Shown: one piece after another, positions 10,622 through 20,813 of the stretch | How positions within the stretch are numbered: the first letter of the stretch is position 1 | Layout of the letters: each line of letters begins with the position of its first letter | DNA from: an uncultured Candidatus Saccharibacteria bacterium | Lineage (GTDB): Bacteria; Patescibacteriota; Minisyncoccia; Phycocordibacterales; DATDWN01 | Direction: 5' to 3' | NCBI GenBank assembly: GCA_964608465.1 | Contig: CAZSNI010000001.1 | Coordinates: forward strand, 16,215 to 80,214 | DNA: 64,000 nucleotides | Program-made: the position numbers and the translations under genes | Notes under the pieces: model-generated | The model's database searches: none | The model's input: the letters and a program-made list of their open reading frames with translations, nothing else | What the model was told of the DNA's origin: nothing

Positions 10622-11827
10622 CTACATTACCTTTTCTGTAAGCTCTGCCTTTGCTGTCTCAGTTTTACTACTTTTAATCATCTTTATGAATGGATATTCT
10701 ATGTACTGATACGTAACTGATGAAACCACAATAGTAAGAAGTCCACTTAAGGTTATGAGCGACCAAAACTCAAAAGCGGTCATTGTCACAATAGGCTTCC
10801 AGTAATCTGCAGTGTTCAGTACACCATACAAAACTATTCCATGAATAAGGTAAATACTATAACTAAGTGTTCCAAGAAACTTTGCAGTAAATGTCTTTAG
10901 AAAACCAAAAAGGTCTGAACCATAAACAAAACAAAGAAAAACCCCTAGAGAGACTGCGTACTGAGAAAAAGAATATGGTTTATAGTTCATAAAATAAACA
11001 AGCACGATGCCGAGCAGTGGGATAACCGACGATACTTTTCTATGGAAAAATTCAAACTTTGGGTACTTGTTATAAATGTGCGCGGCCATTATTCCAAAGA
11101 AAAATATCGCCCAATAGCCACGATCATCTGAAGACAGTGCATAAAATGCTAGTGGTAATGCCATGATAAGCATTTTTTTACTTCGAAGGAATATTGCGAG
11201 AATAGGAAGCAATAGATAGAAAAACCACTCAAAGTGCAGTGTCCAATGAATACCCGCGTTTACAGGTAAAACACTCACATTGTTTACTGACTGAGTTGTT
11301 ATAAGTCCAATAGTTAGCCACGACAAAATGTCTTTTGCGGTTTGTTTGAAATCAATATCAAAACCAGATTGAATCAGTATCAATAAAACAATAAGTGCTG
11401 CGCAAAAAATATACATTGGGGCTAGGCGCAAGAAACGACTTCTATACAAATACCCTTCATCCACCTGCCCCTTCTGAGCAATCATTTTTGACCAGTACAG
11501 AAAGCTGGTCATGATAAGAAAAAGTATTACAGCCTCCCCACCCAAATGCCTATAAAACCTAATATCTACTATCTCCCAGACCTTGGTCTGAAAATAAAAC
11601 CAACTAGTTACGGCGTGTTGAAAAAAGACATTAATAGCAAGTATTCCTCTCAATCCGTCCAAAGACTCAAAACGGCCTTTCTCTTCCTCACTTACCACCT
11701 TCTTATAAAAAGGCAGCCTATCAAAAAAAAGCTTCGCAAAAACCAAAAGAATTGGCATTACCAGGAAGTAATACAAGACGCTGGTATGACTAAAATCCAT
11801 GTAGGTAATTATAGGATATTTTTTCAA
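10622..11827 (-). CDS. Acyltransferase family 3 (OafA-like) membrane protein
   Basis: LDGLRG, RFLRLAP, WTLHFEWFFY, GTLSYSIYLIH; start uncertain. Confidence 0.88.
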   Translation of the reverse strand: MKKYPIITYMDFSHTSVLYYFLVMPILLVFAKLFFDRLPFYKKVVSEEEKGRFESLDGLRGILAINVFFQHAVTSWFYFQTKVWEIVDIRFYRHLGGEAVILFLIMTSFLYWSKMIAQKGQVDEGYLYRSRFLRLAPMYIFCAALIVLLILIQSGFDIDFKQTAKDILSWLTIGLITTQSVNNVSVLPVNAGIHWTLHFEWFFYLLLPILAIFLRSKKMLIMALPLAFYALSSDDRGYWAIFFFGIMAAHIYNKYPKFEFFHRKVSSVIPLLGIVLVYFMNYKPYSFSQYAVSLGVFLCFVYGSDLFGFLKTFTAKFLGTLSYSIYLIHGIVLYGVLNTADYWKPIVTMTAFEFWSLITLSGLLTIVVSSVTYQYIEYPFIKMIKSSKTETAKAELTEKVM

Positions 11828-11842
11828 ACATACAATATAAAA

Positions 11843-13567
11843 CTAATTCATGACACAAAATTCAGTTGTTGTTGATAGCGACAACATTTCAGATAGTTTA
11901 GAACAAATTGCTTCGTTTTGTGATACACCATTTATTACATGAGCTTGGTTTTTTACAGAGTAGTACTCTATATTCTTACCAGCTTTTAATGCTTCTTTAA
12001 AAAGATACTCTGACTGACTAAATGGAACCTGCTTATCAAGATCCCCATGAAAAACATAAAGTGGCTTATTAAGTTTTGAAAGGTTTTTAACTATACTAGA
12101 TTTTTCATATAAACTCTTATTATTCTGACCATAAATTCCTCGGAAGTGCACCTCAAAAGGAGTAGGAGAAACATCGTCAATTAGTTTTTTCCAATCAGTT
12201 ACCGGTGCCACCGCAACAGAACCCGAAACTTTTGTACCAAGCTCAACAAGAGACTTGATAGACAAGTATCCTCCGTAACTGTTTCCAAATAGATAAACAT
12301 CCCTTACTCCCAAACTTTTCACATAATCTACTGCCAAAGAAACATTTTTCACATCAACATCGCCTATCCGTCCCACAATGCTGTTTGTATATGCTGTTCC
12401 TTGACCCATACTGCCTGGATAATCAAGTTTTAATACAGTTACACCTGACTTAACTAGCTCATCAAGTATCCAGTCAAAAGTTGCGTAACTGCCATACGAA
12501 TGCTTGTCTGGAGATGTCTGTCTGTATGGCCCACCATGTAACCAAATTACGGCTTTTTTTACTGAAGTTCCTTGTTTAGGACTATATAGAACTCCTCTAA
12601 TATTTTTATTGTTAATAATTTTGTAAGGTAGATTTTCCACACTCTCCTGTGACACGCCACTAAAATCTTTGACTAGATTTTCTTTTAAATTATATGCTTT
12701 TATTTTACCCTGCCCTTTATTGTTCTCAGTAAAAACAATATTATCATTCACAAGAGCTAGACCGTTCGTGTACATCACATCAGCACTTACTGTTTTCAAT
12801 TTTCTTGTGTCTAGGTCTAGCTCATACAACCCCCAGTTATATAAACTGGCTCTGTTTGCAATAAAGTAAACACTATTTCCACTCACAACAAAATCCAAAA
12901 CAGTATATTTTTTAAGTATTAGAGCCTCACCAGTTAAATTTTTTGGTGACTTATCGAAATCAACTAAGTAAAGTTTACTACTCCCGTCTCTGTCATCTGT
13001 GTAAACTATCTTTTTACCGTCTGAAGTAAAACCAAACATTCTATATACATCAGTGACTAACTCCCATGGACCATTTGAGGCAAACTTCTCCAAAGTTTTG
13101 CCGTCATCAAAAACAACAACAAAACTTTTAAAAGTTTTTATCATCGTATTATCACTTCTAAAATACGCCAACTTCTTACCATCAGGAGAATACGTCAGAA
13201 ACCTAGCATCAGTAGGTATAACTTTCCCACCGAACACCAAATCCTCTTTCTTTGAAACTGAAGTTTGAGTAACCACTACTGGAGTAGTAGTTGCTTTATT
13301 TTTTTCTTTTTCATCTAGGAATTCTAAAGTAACAAGTTGCAATGGATTTTCTAATCTAGCATTGACCTGCTCTTTTGTTTGCAAACAACTATATGAATTC
13401 AAGTCACAATCATAGGTGACTCTTTTTAGAATAGTATTTATCGAAAATGAAAAACTGTTTGTAGTGGTTGAAGTAGTATTAATAATGGAGTAGGAAACAT
13501 CCGAAGCACTGACTCCTGAAGCTAAAGCCAAACCGATTAAAATAAAAAATAATTTTATAATTTTCAT
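11843..13567 (-). CDS. Secreted S9-family (prolyl oligopeptidase-like) serine peptidase
   Basis: Signal peptide, propeller-like region, HGGP, GNSYGG, HGDLDKQVP. Confidence 0.88.
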   Translation of the reverse strand: MKIIKLFFILIGLALASGVSASDVSYSIINTTSTTTNSFSFSINTILKRVTYDCDLNSYSCLQTKEQVNARLENPLQLVTLEFLDEKEKNKATTTPVVVTQTSVSKKEDLVFGGKVIPTDARFLTYSPDGKKLAYFRSDNTMIKTFKSFVVVFDDGKTLEKFASNGPWELVTDVYRMFGFTSDGKKIVYTDDRDGSSKLYLVDFDKSPKNLTGEALILKKYTVLDFVVSGNSVYFIANRASLYNWGLYELDLDTRKLKTVSADVMYTNGLALVNDNIVFTENNKGQGKIKAYNLKENLVKDFSGVSQESVENLPYKIINNKNIRGVLYSPKQGTSVKKAVIWLHGGPYRQTSPDKHSYGSYATFDWILDELVKSGVTVLKLDYPGSMGQGTAYTNSIVGRIGDVDVKNVSLAVDYVKSLGVRDVYLFGNSYGGYLSIKSLVELGTKVSGSVAVAPVTDWKKLIDDVSPTPFEVHFRGIYGQNNKSLYEKSSIVKNLSKLNKPLYVFHGDLDKQVPFSQSEYLFKEALKAGKNIEYYSVKNQAHVINGVSQNEAICSKLSEMLSLSTTTEFCVMN

Positions 13568-13585
13568 TTTAGAATATTAACATTA

Positions 13586-14941
13586 TTATCTTCTAGAAAC
13601 ACCGTATTCCTGCAGATACTCAATATCAGCCTGAATAGTATCTTTAAGTTTCATTACACTCCTACTATATGAACATGTCGCACCACCGCTACCATAGTAC
13701 CTACAAGCTGCCCTGGACTCCGAACTAAATGTAGCGCTTTTTGCCCCCAAATCAGCAAGGAAGAGGGCTGACGCCATGAAAGCATGCTCCGGATTCCAAG
13801 GATTAGAGTCTACTCCAAAAATATCCTTGAGTTTATCATCAAAAATTTTCCAAGTAGAAGGTATAAACTGTGCTGGACCCATTGCCCCTCCATAGCCAGC
13901 CACCCCAGCGATAGGACAAGAAACTACGGTTGATTTCCAGTTAAACCCAAGTCTTGATGTAATTTCTAGGAATGGAACTGTGTCTCGGGGAGCCTTCATA
14001 GCATTTGAGAAAGTTTTTGTTCCTGCAGTATTTGATCCGGCGCCAGTCGCAGAATCTGTTAAGTAGCACTTACCGACGTTTGCTCCCAAGCTACTTTCCT
14101 GCGTAAGTATAGCCAAAACGAAAGCAGGAGAGACACCAGTTTTAGCTGAAGCATTTTGCGCATATATTAATGCAGTACCGAAAGGAATAGCTGCTGAACC
14201 TCCGGCAAGTTTGAACAACTTTGATCGTATTTCTCCTGCTTTTGCTTGCCTATCAGCAATAACTTGCTCATATGTTTTTTCCTGAGTTTTATTTACAGAA
14301 ATAAGATACTGTTTTTCTTTTTCATTTTTTTCTACTTCCTTTTTCTGAGCCTCTACTGCTGCTTTTGTATCAAGTTCTTTATCTTGAGCTTTACCAAGTG
14401 ACTCTTTTTCTTTTTCTGTTAGATTTTTTGTTTGACGTATCTCATTAAATAAAACGTGCAACTCTTTTTTTATGGTTTGGAATGAATCTACATCAGAAAA
14501 GAACTCGGAAATATCTTTGTTGCCCAAAACAACCTCAGGCAGAGAAAAGTCGTCAATCTCATTCGTTTTTCGTATTAACTGTGCCAAAGACTCATGTCCT
14601 TTTTCTATACGTGATTCAAGAGTAAGGATGGTTTTTTGTTTATCTTTTATTTGGTTACTTAGCTGAGCAATGTTTATATTTCTTTGTTTAATTGTTGCTT
14701 GAGCTTGTTTAATTTTTGCGTTTAAAGCCGCAGCCTCGTTTTGCAGAGACTTTGTGTTTGCCTTTGTGCCATTTAATATATCTTGCCACTTCGCAATATC
14801 TGCTTCAGTCTGTGCAAGTTCTGCTCTCCATATCGCTTCTTGCTCCTGGGGAGTTATAGCTAAAACAAGTTTTGTATTAATAGAAAAAACACTAATTAAC
14901 ACAAAAAATGCATAGAAAAATAACCGTTTATACATGTACAT
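13586..14941 (-). CDS. Coiled-coil protein with C-terminal lytic transglycosylase domain
   Basis: Signal peptide, long heptad region, AILTQES and GAMGPAQFIPSTW. Confidence 0.85.
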   Translation of the reverse strand: MYMYKRLFFYAFFVLISVFSINTKLVLAITPQEQEAIWRAELAQTEADIAKWQDILNGTKANTKSLQNEAAALNAKIKQAQATIKQRNINIAQLSNQIKDKQKTILTLESRIEKGHESLAQLIRKTNEIDDFSLPEVVLGNKDISEFFSDVDSFQTIKKELHVLFNEIRQTKNLTEKEKESLGKAQDKELDTKAAVEAQKKEVEKNEKEKQYLISVNKTQEKTYEQVIADRQAKAGEIRSKLFKLAGGSAAIPFGTALIYAQNASAKTGVSPAFVLAILTQESSLGANVGKCYLTDSATGAGSNTAGTKTFSNAMKAPRDTVPFLEITSRLGFNWKSTVVSCPIAGVAGYGGAMGPAQFIPSTWKIFDDKLKDIFGVDSNPWNPEHAFMASALFLADLGAKSATFSSESRAACRYYGSGGATCSYSRSVMKLKDTIQADIEYLQEYGVSRR

Positions 14942-14980
14942 AATTATACTATTTTCAGACGGAAATTCATAACCAATATT

Positions 14981-15010
14981 ACAAAAAATCCCCAGACGGG
15001 GATTTTTTGT
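14981..15010. terminator. Intrinsic terminator after rplY
   Basis: ACAAAAAATCCCC-AGAC-GGGGATTTTTTGT. Confidence 0.75.
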
Positions 15011-15012
15011 AA

Positions 15013-15654
15013 TTACTCTGCTGATTCTGCTCCCTCCTCCTCTTTCTTACCTTTTTTCTCTACCTCAATTGAGCTTAGGTCGATTGGTGCTGATTCTTCT
15101 TCTGTTTCTTCTTTTTGTCTTGCTACCGCAGCAACAACTTCTTCTGGATTCTCTACTAGAGTAACTCCTGATGGAAGTTTTAGGTCACCTGCAACAATTT
15201 TACTATCAAAATCTACAAGTGTTGAAATATCTACATTAATTTCGTGAGGAATGTTTGTTGGATCTGCTGAAATTTTGATTTCGTGTAGGGCCTTAACCAG
15301 GTTACCTGAAAGGTCTTTAACAGCTGGAGAAACTCCGATGAATTCTAGAGGAACGTCAACTTCGATCTTCTTTCCTTTCTCGAATACGTAGAAATCTACG
15401 TGTCTTACGATGTCTGATACCGGATCTAGGTCTACATCTTTAATAAGAGCATCTACAGTGCCTTTTGCTGTTTTAATAGTAACAACTCCTGACTCACCTT
15501 CTTTGTGCCAAGCTGAGATAAAGTCGTTTCTAGATAGTGAAATAGGTGTTGATTCTGTCTTTTTTCCATAATAAACAGCAGGAATTTTACCTCCCGCCCT
15601 AAGAGCTTCGCTGTTTGTAGAACCGTCTCTGATTTCTGCTTCTAAAATAGTCAT
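15013..15654 (-). CDS. rplY: 50S ribosomal protein L25 (Ctc form)
   Basis: LRAGGKIPAVYYG, HVDF, acidic tail; start moved to ATG 15654. Confidence 0.93.
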   Translation of the reverse strand: MTILEAEIRDGSTNSEALRAGGKIPAVYYGKKTESTPISLSRNDFISAWHKEGESGVVTIKTAKGTVDALIKDVDLDPVSDIVRHVDFYVFEKGKKIEVDVPLEFIGVSPAVKDLSGNLVKALHEIKISADPTNIPHEINVDISTLVDFDSKIVAGDLKLPSGVTLVENPEEVVAAVARQKEETEEESAPIDLSSIEVEKKGKKEEEGAESAE

Positions 15655-15692
15655 TCGGCTAGTATAGACTAACTGCCCCATAAAATCAACCC

Positions 15693-17345
15693 CTAGGACT
15701 TCACAATATGGCTTAGCATATATTCCTTAGTGCCCCCCACCTTTTTACCCGGATTAAATATGTTCTGAGGGTCAAAAATATCCTTTGTTTTCTGGAATAT
15801 TTGGACCATTTCGTGACCAAACATTTGTTCTAGGTATGGAGTACGTATAATACCGTCGTTGTGCTCTGCATCTATAGAACCTCGATACTCTTTCACCAAA
15901 CTGTATATTTTGTCAGAAACTATTGGAATTACTGCCGCATTTTTAGGATCTTTCATATTCATGAGTGGAATAATATGAAAGTTTCCATTTCCAGCATGAC
16001 CAGCAATAGTGTAGACCAGTTTGTGTTCATCCAAAATCTTTCGCATCTTAGGTAGAAATTCTGGCAGATACTGTGGCTTAACGATAACGTCATCTATAAA
16101 AGGTGCAGTTCTCGCTCCCTTAACATGCTGACGCAAAAGGTTGAAGCTCTCGCGACGAATAGTCCAGTATTTACTAGATTCTTCTTCGGAGCGAGACATT
16201 CTAGTTTTCAAACCAAAATGCGCGATCTTTTTCTGCAACTCATACATCTTTTTATCTATCTCCTTTTCATCATTATCAGAAAATTCAACAAGCAAAATAA
16301 GTTTTGGTATTCCCCCAGTTAATATCATCCCCGCTTCTGGCAAGAAACCAAACATTAGTTTGAAAAAGTTGTGAACTTTCATGGTTTTAAGCATAGACGG
16401 GAAAAACTTGAAAGCTAGTTTCATCGTACTGTCATCATATGACTCAAGTGATTCTGGGTTTGTCGTAAGGATTTCGTTTACAAGTTCACTTAGGTGGTCT
16501 AGGTTTCGTAAGAAAATAACAAAAAGTTTTGATTTCTTTTTGATTGGGACTAGTTTGAATTTTATTTCTGTTATTACACAAAGCGTTCCTTGTGAACCAG
16601 TAATAAGTTTGTTTATGTCAAAAGTCTGACCATCCCACACATTCCACAAGTAGTATCCAGCTGAGTTTTTTGAAACATCAGGTTTGGCATACTTTATAGC
16701 GTGTTCATTTTCCTGTAATAAATTCCACAAATTTTTATAAATATTTCCTTCATAGTCGCCCTGAGCAATTTTTCTATCTAACTCTTCTTTGTTTAGTGGT
16801 TTTGTTACATATTCGTTTCCATCAGCAAAAATAACCTTCATTTCTTTTACATATCTTTCAGTCTTTCCATAAGCCAAAGTTTTTTCTCCCGCAGAGTTGT
16901 TACCCACCATTCCGCCCACAGTATTTAGATTTTTAGATGCGGTATATGAAGGCAATATCGCGTCGTGTTTCAGTGTCTCAACTTCAAAATCTCTATAAAA
17001 AGTACCAGGAAGAACAGTAGCTTCTTCAGAAGTGACTTCTTTTATACCGCCCATGTGTTTTGTGATGTCTAGAATAATAGACTCACTTAGAGAGCCTCCG
17101 GACATACATGTTCCAGCAGAACGTGCAGTGATAGAAAGAGCGGGGTTCTCAGATTTATTTTCACCTACAAATTTTACTAGCTTTTGTATATCCTCAGAAT
17201 CTTTTGGAAACAAAACTAGTTCTGGTTTTACCTCAAACAAACTCGCATCTCTACTGTATGTATCTAATGTTTTCACATCAGAATTAACTTCTCCATTAAA
17301 TATTTTTTTAATTTCATCAAGCAACTCTGAATGTGAATATTTCAT
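15693..17345 (-). CDS. FAD-linked oxidoreductase (GlcD/D-lactate dehydrogenase family)
   Basis: GGMVGNNSAG, GHAGNGNFH, AEHNDG, FDPQNIFNPGK. Confidence 0.88.
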   Translation of the reverse strand: MKYSHSELLDEIKKIFNGEVNSDVKTLDTYSRDASLFEVKPELVLFPKDSEDIQKLVKFVGENKSENPALSITARSAGTCMSGGSLSESIILDITKHMGGIKEVTSEEATVLPGTFYRDFEVETLKHDAILPSYTASKNLNTVGGMVGNNSAGEKTLAYGKTERYVKEMKVIFADGNEYVTKPLNKEELDRKIAQGDYEGNIYKNLWNLLQENEHAIKYAKPDVSKNSAGYYLWNVWDGQTFDINKLITGSQGTLCVITEIKFKLVPIKKKSKLFVIFLRNLDHLSELVNEILTTNPESLESYDDSTMKLAFKFFPSMLKTMKVHNFFKLMFGFLPEAGMILTGGIPKLILLVEFSDNDEKEIDKKMYELQKKIAHFGLKTRMSRSEEESSKYWTIRRESFNLLRQHVKGARTAPFIDDVIVKPQYLPEFLPKMRKILDEHKLVYTIAGHAGNGNFHIIPLMNMKDPKNAAVIPIVSDKIYSLVKEYRGSIDAEHNDGIIRTPYLEQMFGHEMVQIFQKTKDIFDPQNIFNPGKKVGGTKEYMLSHIVKS

Positions 17346-17347
17346 TT

Positions 17348-18214
17348 TTATAAATTATTAAAGAATTTTAATTTGTTAGTAACCACTTCTTGTACCGCAA
17401 GCATTCCTGGTTTTAGGAATTTGTATGGCGCAACTTCGTCTGGGTTTTCTTGCAATGCTTTTTTTACTGCATCTCTGAAAGCTAGGCGGATTTCAGTATT
17501 TATATGAACAATATTTATTCCATTTGCTATAGCTTGTTTGAAATCATCTTCTGAGTTTCCTGAACCACCGTGAAGCACAAGTGGAATGCCTGTTGTTTCT
17601 GATACTTGTTTTACTCTTTCTATATTTAGTTTTGGATCAACTCCCCCACGAAGCATGCCGTGAAAGTTCCCTACTGCAGGAGCGAGCATGTCTACGCCCG
17701 TAAGTTCTACAAATTCTTTTGCTTTTGCAGGATCAGTTAGAGAACTTTCATCAAGCATCACACCTTCTGGGATTTCATCCAAAACTTTTGATGATTGCCC
17801 AATATAACCCAGTTCAGCCTCAACCAAAACTTCTCGCCCACTTGCCCTAGCATACTCCACGCATTGTTTTGTAAGTTTTACATTCTCTTCAAAAGAAAGT
17901 TTTGCGCCGTCTACTATGACAGAGTCAAAACCGGCGTCTATCGCTTCTTTTACTCGGTCAAAAGAGTAAGTATGGTCAGCATTTAGGTATATTGGGTAGT
18001 CAAACTCCTCACGAATACTTTTTACTGCAGCTGCTACTAGCTTTACCCCAACAAAATCTCTCTCGCCTTCTGAAACTCCAATAATAACTGGCACATTTAG
18101 ACTCTGTGCTGCCCTGAAAATCCCCCATAATGCCTCCAAGTTAGAAATATTAAAATGTCCTACTGCAACTTTTTTCTCCCTTGCTTCCCAAACGGTTTGT
18201 TTCAATGTTTTCAT
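17348..18214 (-). CDS. fba: Class II fructose-bisphosphate aldolase
   Basis: ADH, VEAELG, GNFHG, LVLHGGSG, INTE. Confidence 0.9.
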   Translation of the reverse strand: MKTLKQTVWEAREKKVAVGHFNISNLEALWGIFRAAQSLNVPVIIGVSEGERDFVGVKLVAAAVKSIREEFDYPIYLNADHTYSFDRVKEAIDAGFDSVIVDGAKLSFEENVKLTKQCVEYARASGREVLVEAELGYIGQSSKVLDEIPEGVMLDESSLTDPAKAKEFVELTGVDMLAPAVGNFHGMLRGGVDPKLNIERVKQVSETTGIPLVLHGGSGNSEDDFKQAIANGINIVHINTEIRLAFRDAVKKALQENPDEVAPYKFLKPGMLAVQEVVTNKLKFFNNL

Positions 18215-18262
18215 GCTAAAAGTATACCATAGGCAACTTTTGTTATGCTACAATATTCCCAT

Positions 18263-19264
18263 ATGAATAATGAAAACAAACAGATAGACATGCTCGCTAT
18301 TGGCGACACGGTAGTAGATGCTTTTATTAAAATTAAAGACGCTTCAACACATTGCAAAATTAACAATGAAGAATGTGAACTTTGTGTAAGATACGGTGAC
18401 AAAGTTCCTTTTGAGTCTGTAGAAATATGTTACGCGGTTGGAAACTGTGCAAATGCTGCGGTTTCAGCTAGCCGACTTGGACTTAACTCATCACTATACT
18501 CATACGTAGGTAAAGATAGAGATGGAGAAGATTGTTTAACATCCCTACAAAAAGATGGAGTAGACACTACTTATATGCATGTTGATCCAGATAATAAAAC
18601 AAACTACCACTATGTACTATGGTATGAAGCAAACCGAACTATTTTAGTTAAACACGAGCACTATAAATATGATTTCAGTATGGACGTAGCTCCAAAATGG
18701 ATTTACCTTACTTCACTTGGTGAAAACACTATAGACTTCCAAATGCAAGTTGTAGATTTTGTTGAAAAGCATCCAGAAACAAAACTCGCTTTCCAGCCTG
18801 GAACATTCCAAATGAAAATGGGCAAAGAAGTTTTAGACAGAATATACAAAAATACTGAAATCTTTTTCTGTAATGTAGAAGAGGCTCAGAGAATCCTAGG
18901 AGAAACTAGTCGTGACCCAAAAACTTTGATGAAAGCCCTTGCGAACCTTGGACCAAAGAAAGTTGTGATGACTGATGGTTTTGCTGGAGCATATTCATAC
19001 GACCCAGCTACTGACGAAGCATATTTTATGCCAGTTTATCCTCACACTCCAAAGGAAGCAACGGGTGCTGGAGATGCTTTTGCATCAACTGTTGTATCAG
19101 CATTAATTCTTGGAAAGACTTTGCACGAAGCACTTTCATGGGCACCGATAAACTCAATGTCAGTTGTACAGCAAGTTGGCGCCCAAAAAGGACTGCTTAC
19201 TCGGGAGAAACTAGAAGAATATCTAAAAAACGCTCCTGCTGAATATAAACTTTCAAAAATATAA
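18263..19264 (+). CDS. PfkB-family carbohydrate kinase
   Basis: GNCANAAVSASRLG, TGAGDAF. Confidence 0.9.
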   Translation: MNNENKQIDMLAIGDTVVDAFIKIKDASTHCKINNEECELCVRYGDKVPFESVEICYAVGNCANAAVSASRLGLNSSLYSYVGKDRDGEDCLTSLQKDGVDTTYMHVDPDNKTNYHYVLWYEANRTILVKHEHYKYDFSMDVAPKWIYLTSLGENTIDFQMQVVDFVEKHPETKLAFQPGTFQMKMGKEVLDRIYKNTEIFFCNVEEAQRILGETSRDPKTLMKALANLGPKKVVMTDGFAGAYSYDPATDEAYFMPVYPHTPKEATGAGDAFASTVVSALILGKTLHEALSWAPINSMSVVQQVGAQKGLLTREKLEEYLKNAPAEYKLSKI

Positions 19265-19268
19265 ATTT

Positions 19269-19293
19269 AAAAAACCGCCACTGGCGGTTTTTT
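19269..19293. terminator. Bidirectional terminator
   Basis: AAAAAACCGCCA-C-TGGCGGTTTTTT. Confidence 0.75.
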
Positions 19294-20293
19294 AATTTAC
19301 TTTTCTTCCTATGCATTTCTTGCACGCGTCGCGAATGTGAGTTTCGCCCATTTCATAGTGCTCTAGTAGTTCGTCTTGTTTACCTGACTGACCAAACTTG
19401 TCTTTCACACCAATAAACTCTTGTGGTACAGGGAAGTTTTGCGACAGACACTCTGCGACTGCTGATCCAAGTCCCCCAGCGATTTGATGCTCTTCAACAG
19501 AAACTATTGCTCCACAAGTTTTTGCTAAACTGATTACTGCTTCATTATCTAGGGGTTTTATTGTTGATATATTTAAAACTTTCACACTTATCCCCTCACC
19601 CTTCAAAGTTTCTGCGACTTTCAGCGCCTTGTACACAAGTGCTCCAGTTGCAACTATTCCAACATCTGCTTTTCCTTTTTCTTCCCCATAAAATATTTGT
19701 CCCTTTCCTATTTCAAAAGGTGTATCTACTGTTGTGATTACTGGAGTTTTCTCTCGTGCTAAACGTATATATGCTGGCTTACCAAGCTCTGCAGATGCCA
19801 AAGTAATTTTTTTTGCTTCTACAGAATCACAAGGTGAAAAAACTATCATATTTGGTATTACTCTTGTAATAGCCAAGTCTTCTATAGCTTGGTGTGTTCC
19901 CCCATCAGGGCCAACAGAAATACCTGCGTGACTTCCGGCAATAATAACTGGTCTGTCGTTATAACAAATAGTTGTTCGTATCTGTTCCCAGTTTCTTCCA
20001 GGCGAAAACATTGCGTAGCTAGATATAAAAGGAATTTTCCCCATTGCTGACATACCAGAAGCAACAGAAGCCAAGTTTTGTTCTGCGATACCAACTTGCA
20101 CGAATCTTTCTGGAAACTTGTTTGCAAACAAATGCATTTTTGTTGACTCTGTTAAATCAGCACAAAGTCCTACTACTTGAGGATTATTTTCTCCAGCTTC
20201 CAAAAGCCCTTCCCCAAATCCTTGGCGAATCGGAACCTGTTCTACTTTTTTTTGGAAAAGTTGAGGATTTAATTTTTGTGAAGAATTAATCAT
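19292..20293 (-). CDS. Transketolase, C-terminal subunit
   Basis: GIAEQN, GPDGGTHQ, IKPLD, EEH. Confidence 0.93.
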   Translation of the reverse strand: MINSSQKLNPQLFQKKVEQVPIRQGFGEGLLEAGENNPQVVGLCADLTESTKMHLFANKFPERFVQVGIAEQNLASVASGMSAMGKIPFISSYAMFSPGRNWEQIRTTICYNDRPVIIAGSHAGISVGPDGGTHQAIEDLAITRVIPNMIVFSPCDSVEAKKITLASAELGKPAYIRLAREKTPVITTVDTPFEIGKGQIFYGEEKGKADVGIVATGALVYKALKVAETLKGEGISVKVLNISTIKPLDNEAVISLAKTCGAIVSVEEHQIAGGLGSAVAECLSQNFPVPQEFIGVKDKFGQSGKQDELLEHYEMGETHIRDACKKCIGRKVN

Positions 20294-20499
20294 ATATTTA
20301 TACCGCTAGAAACTGCAAGCATAATAAATCCTAATGCTAAACCAATTATACCAAATATTATTAAAATTATTCCAAATATTCTAAATAAACTTGATAAAGA
20401 ACTTATATTTGGTTTATATATTCTCAAAATTAAAATGCCTCCAACTAAAGCAATGAGAGCTACAATATAAAATTCCAATTCAGTTGGTGTACCTATCAC
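20290..20499 (-). CDS. Small two-TM membrane protein
   Basis: Hydrophobic 69-aa AT-rich ORF; TATAAT just upstream of its GTG. Confidence 0.6.
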   Translation of the reverse strand: MIGTPTELEFYIVALIALVGGILILRIYKPNISSLSSLFRIFGIILIIFGIIGLALGFIMLAVSSGINI

Positions 20500-20512
20500 A
20501 AATTAATTATAC

Positions 20513-20547
20513 AAAAAAAGGCGTGAGGGGGATAGTCCCCCTCAGCC
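20513..20547 (-). terminator. Terminator of unit B
   Basis: TGAGGGGGA-CTA-TCCCCCTCA stem then T7 on the minus strand. Confidence 0.7.
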
Positions 20548-20573
20548 CCACATCGCCGACTCAGCGTCAGTTG

Positions 20574-20750
20574 TTAGCGGTACTTACCATTACCGCTGTT
20601 GAACTCAGCGAGTCGGTCGCGTTCCTGGCGAATCGCGAGTTCACGCGCGGAATGCGCCCTGCCGAGTGCCTCCAGCTTCCGCTTCGAAGGGTTCTTCTGC
20701 CGGCGAACAACCTTCGTACCGAAACGACGACCCTTGCTTTTCTTTCCCAC
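20574..20750 (-). CDS. Small very basic orphan protein (GC-rich unit B, 58 aa)
   Basis: AGGAGG-N5-GTG; TTGACC-N17-TAGCAT upstream; own terminator. Confidence 0.7.
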   Translation of the reverse strand: MGKKSKGRRFGTKVVRRQKNPSKRKLEALGRAHSARELAIRQERDRLAEFNSGNGKYR

Positions 20751-20813
20751 GAGCACCTCCTAATGCATAAGTGTCCAACATTGAATGCTACACAACCTTA
20801 ACAAACTGGTCAA

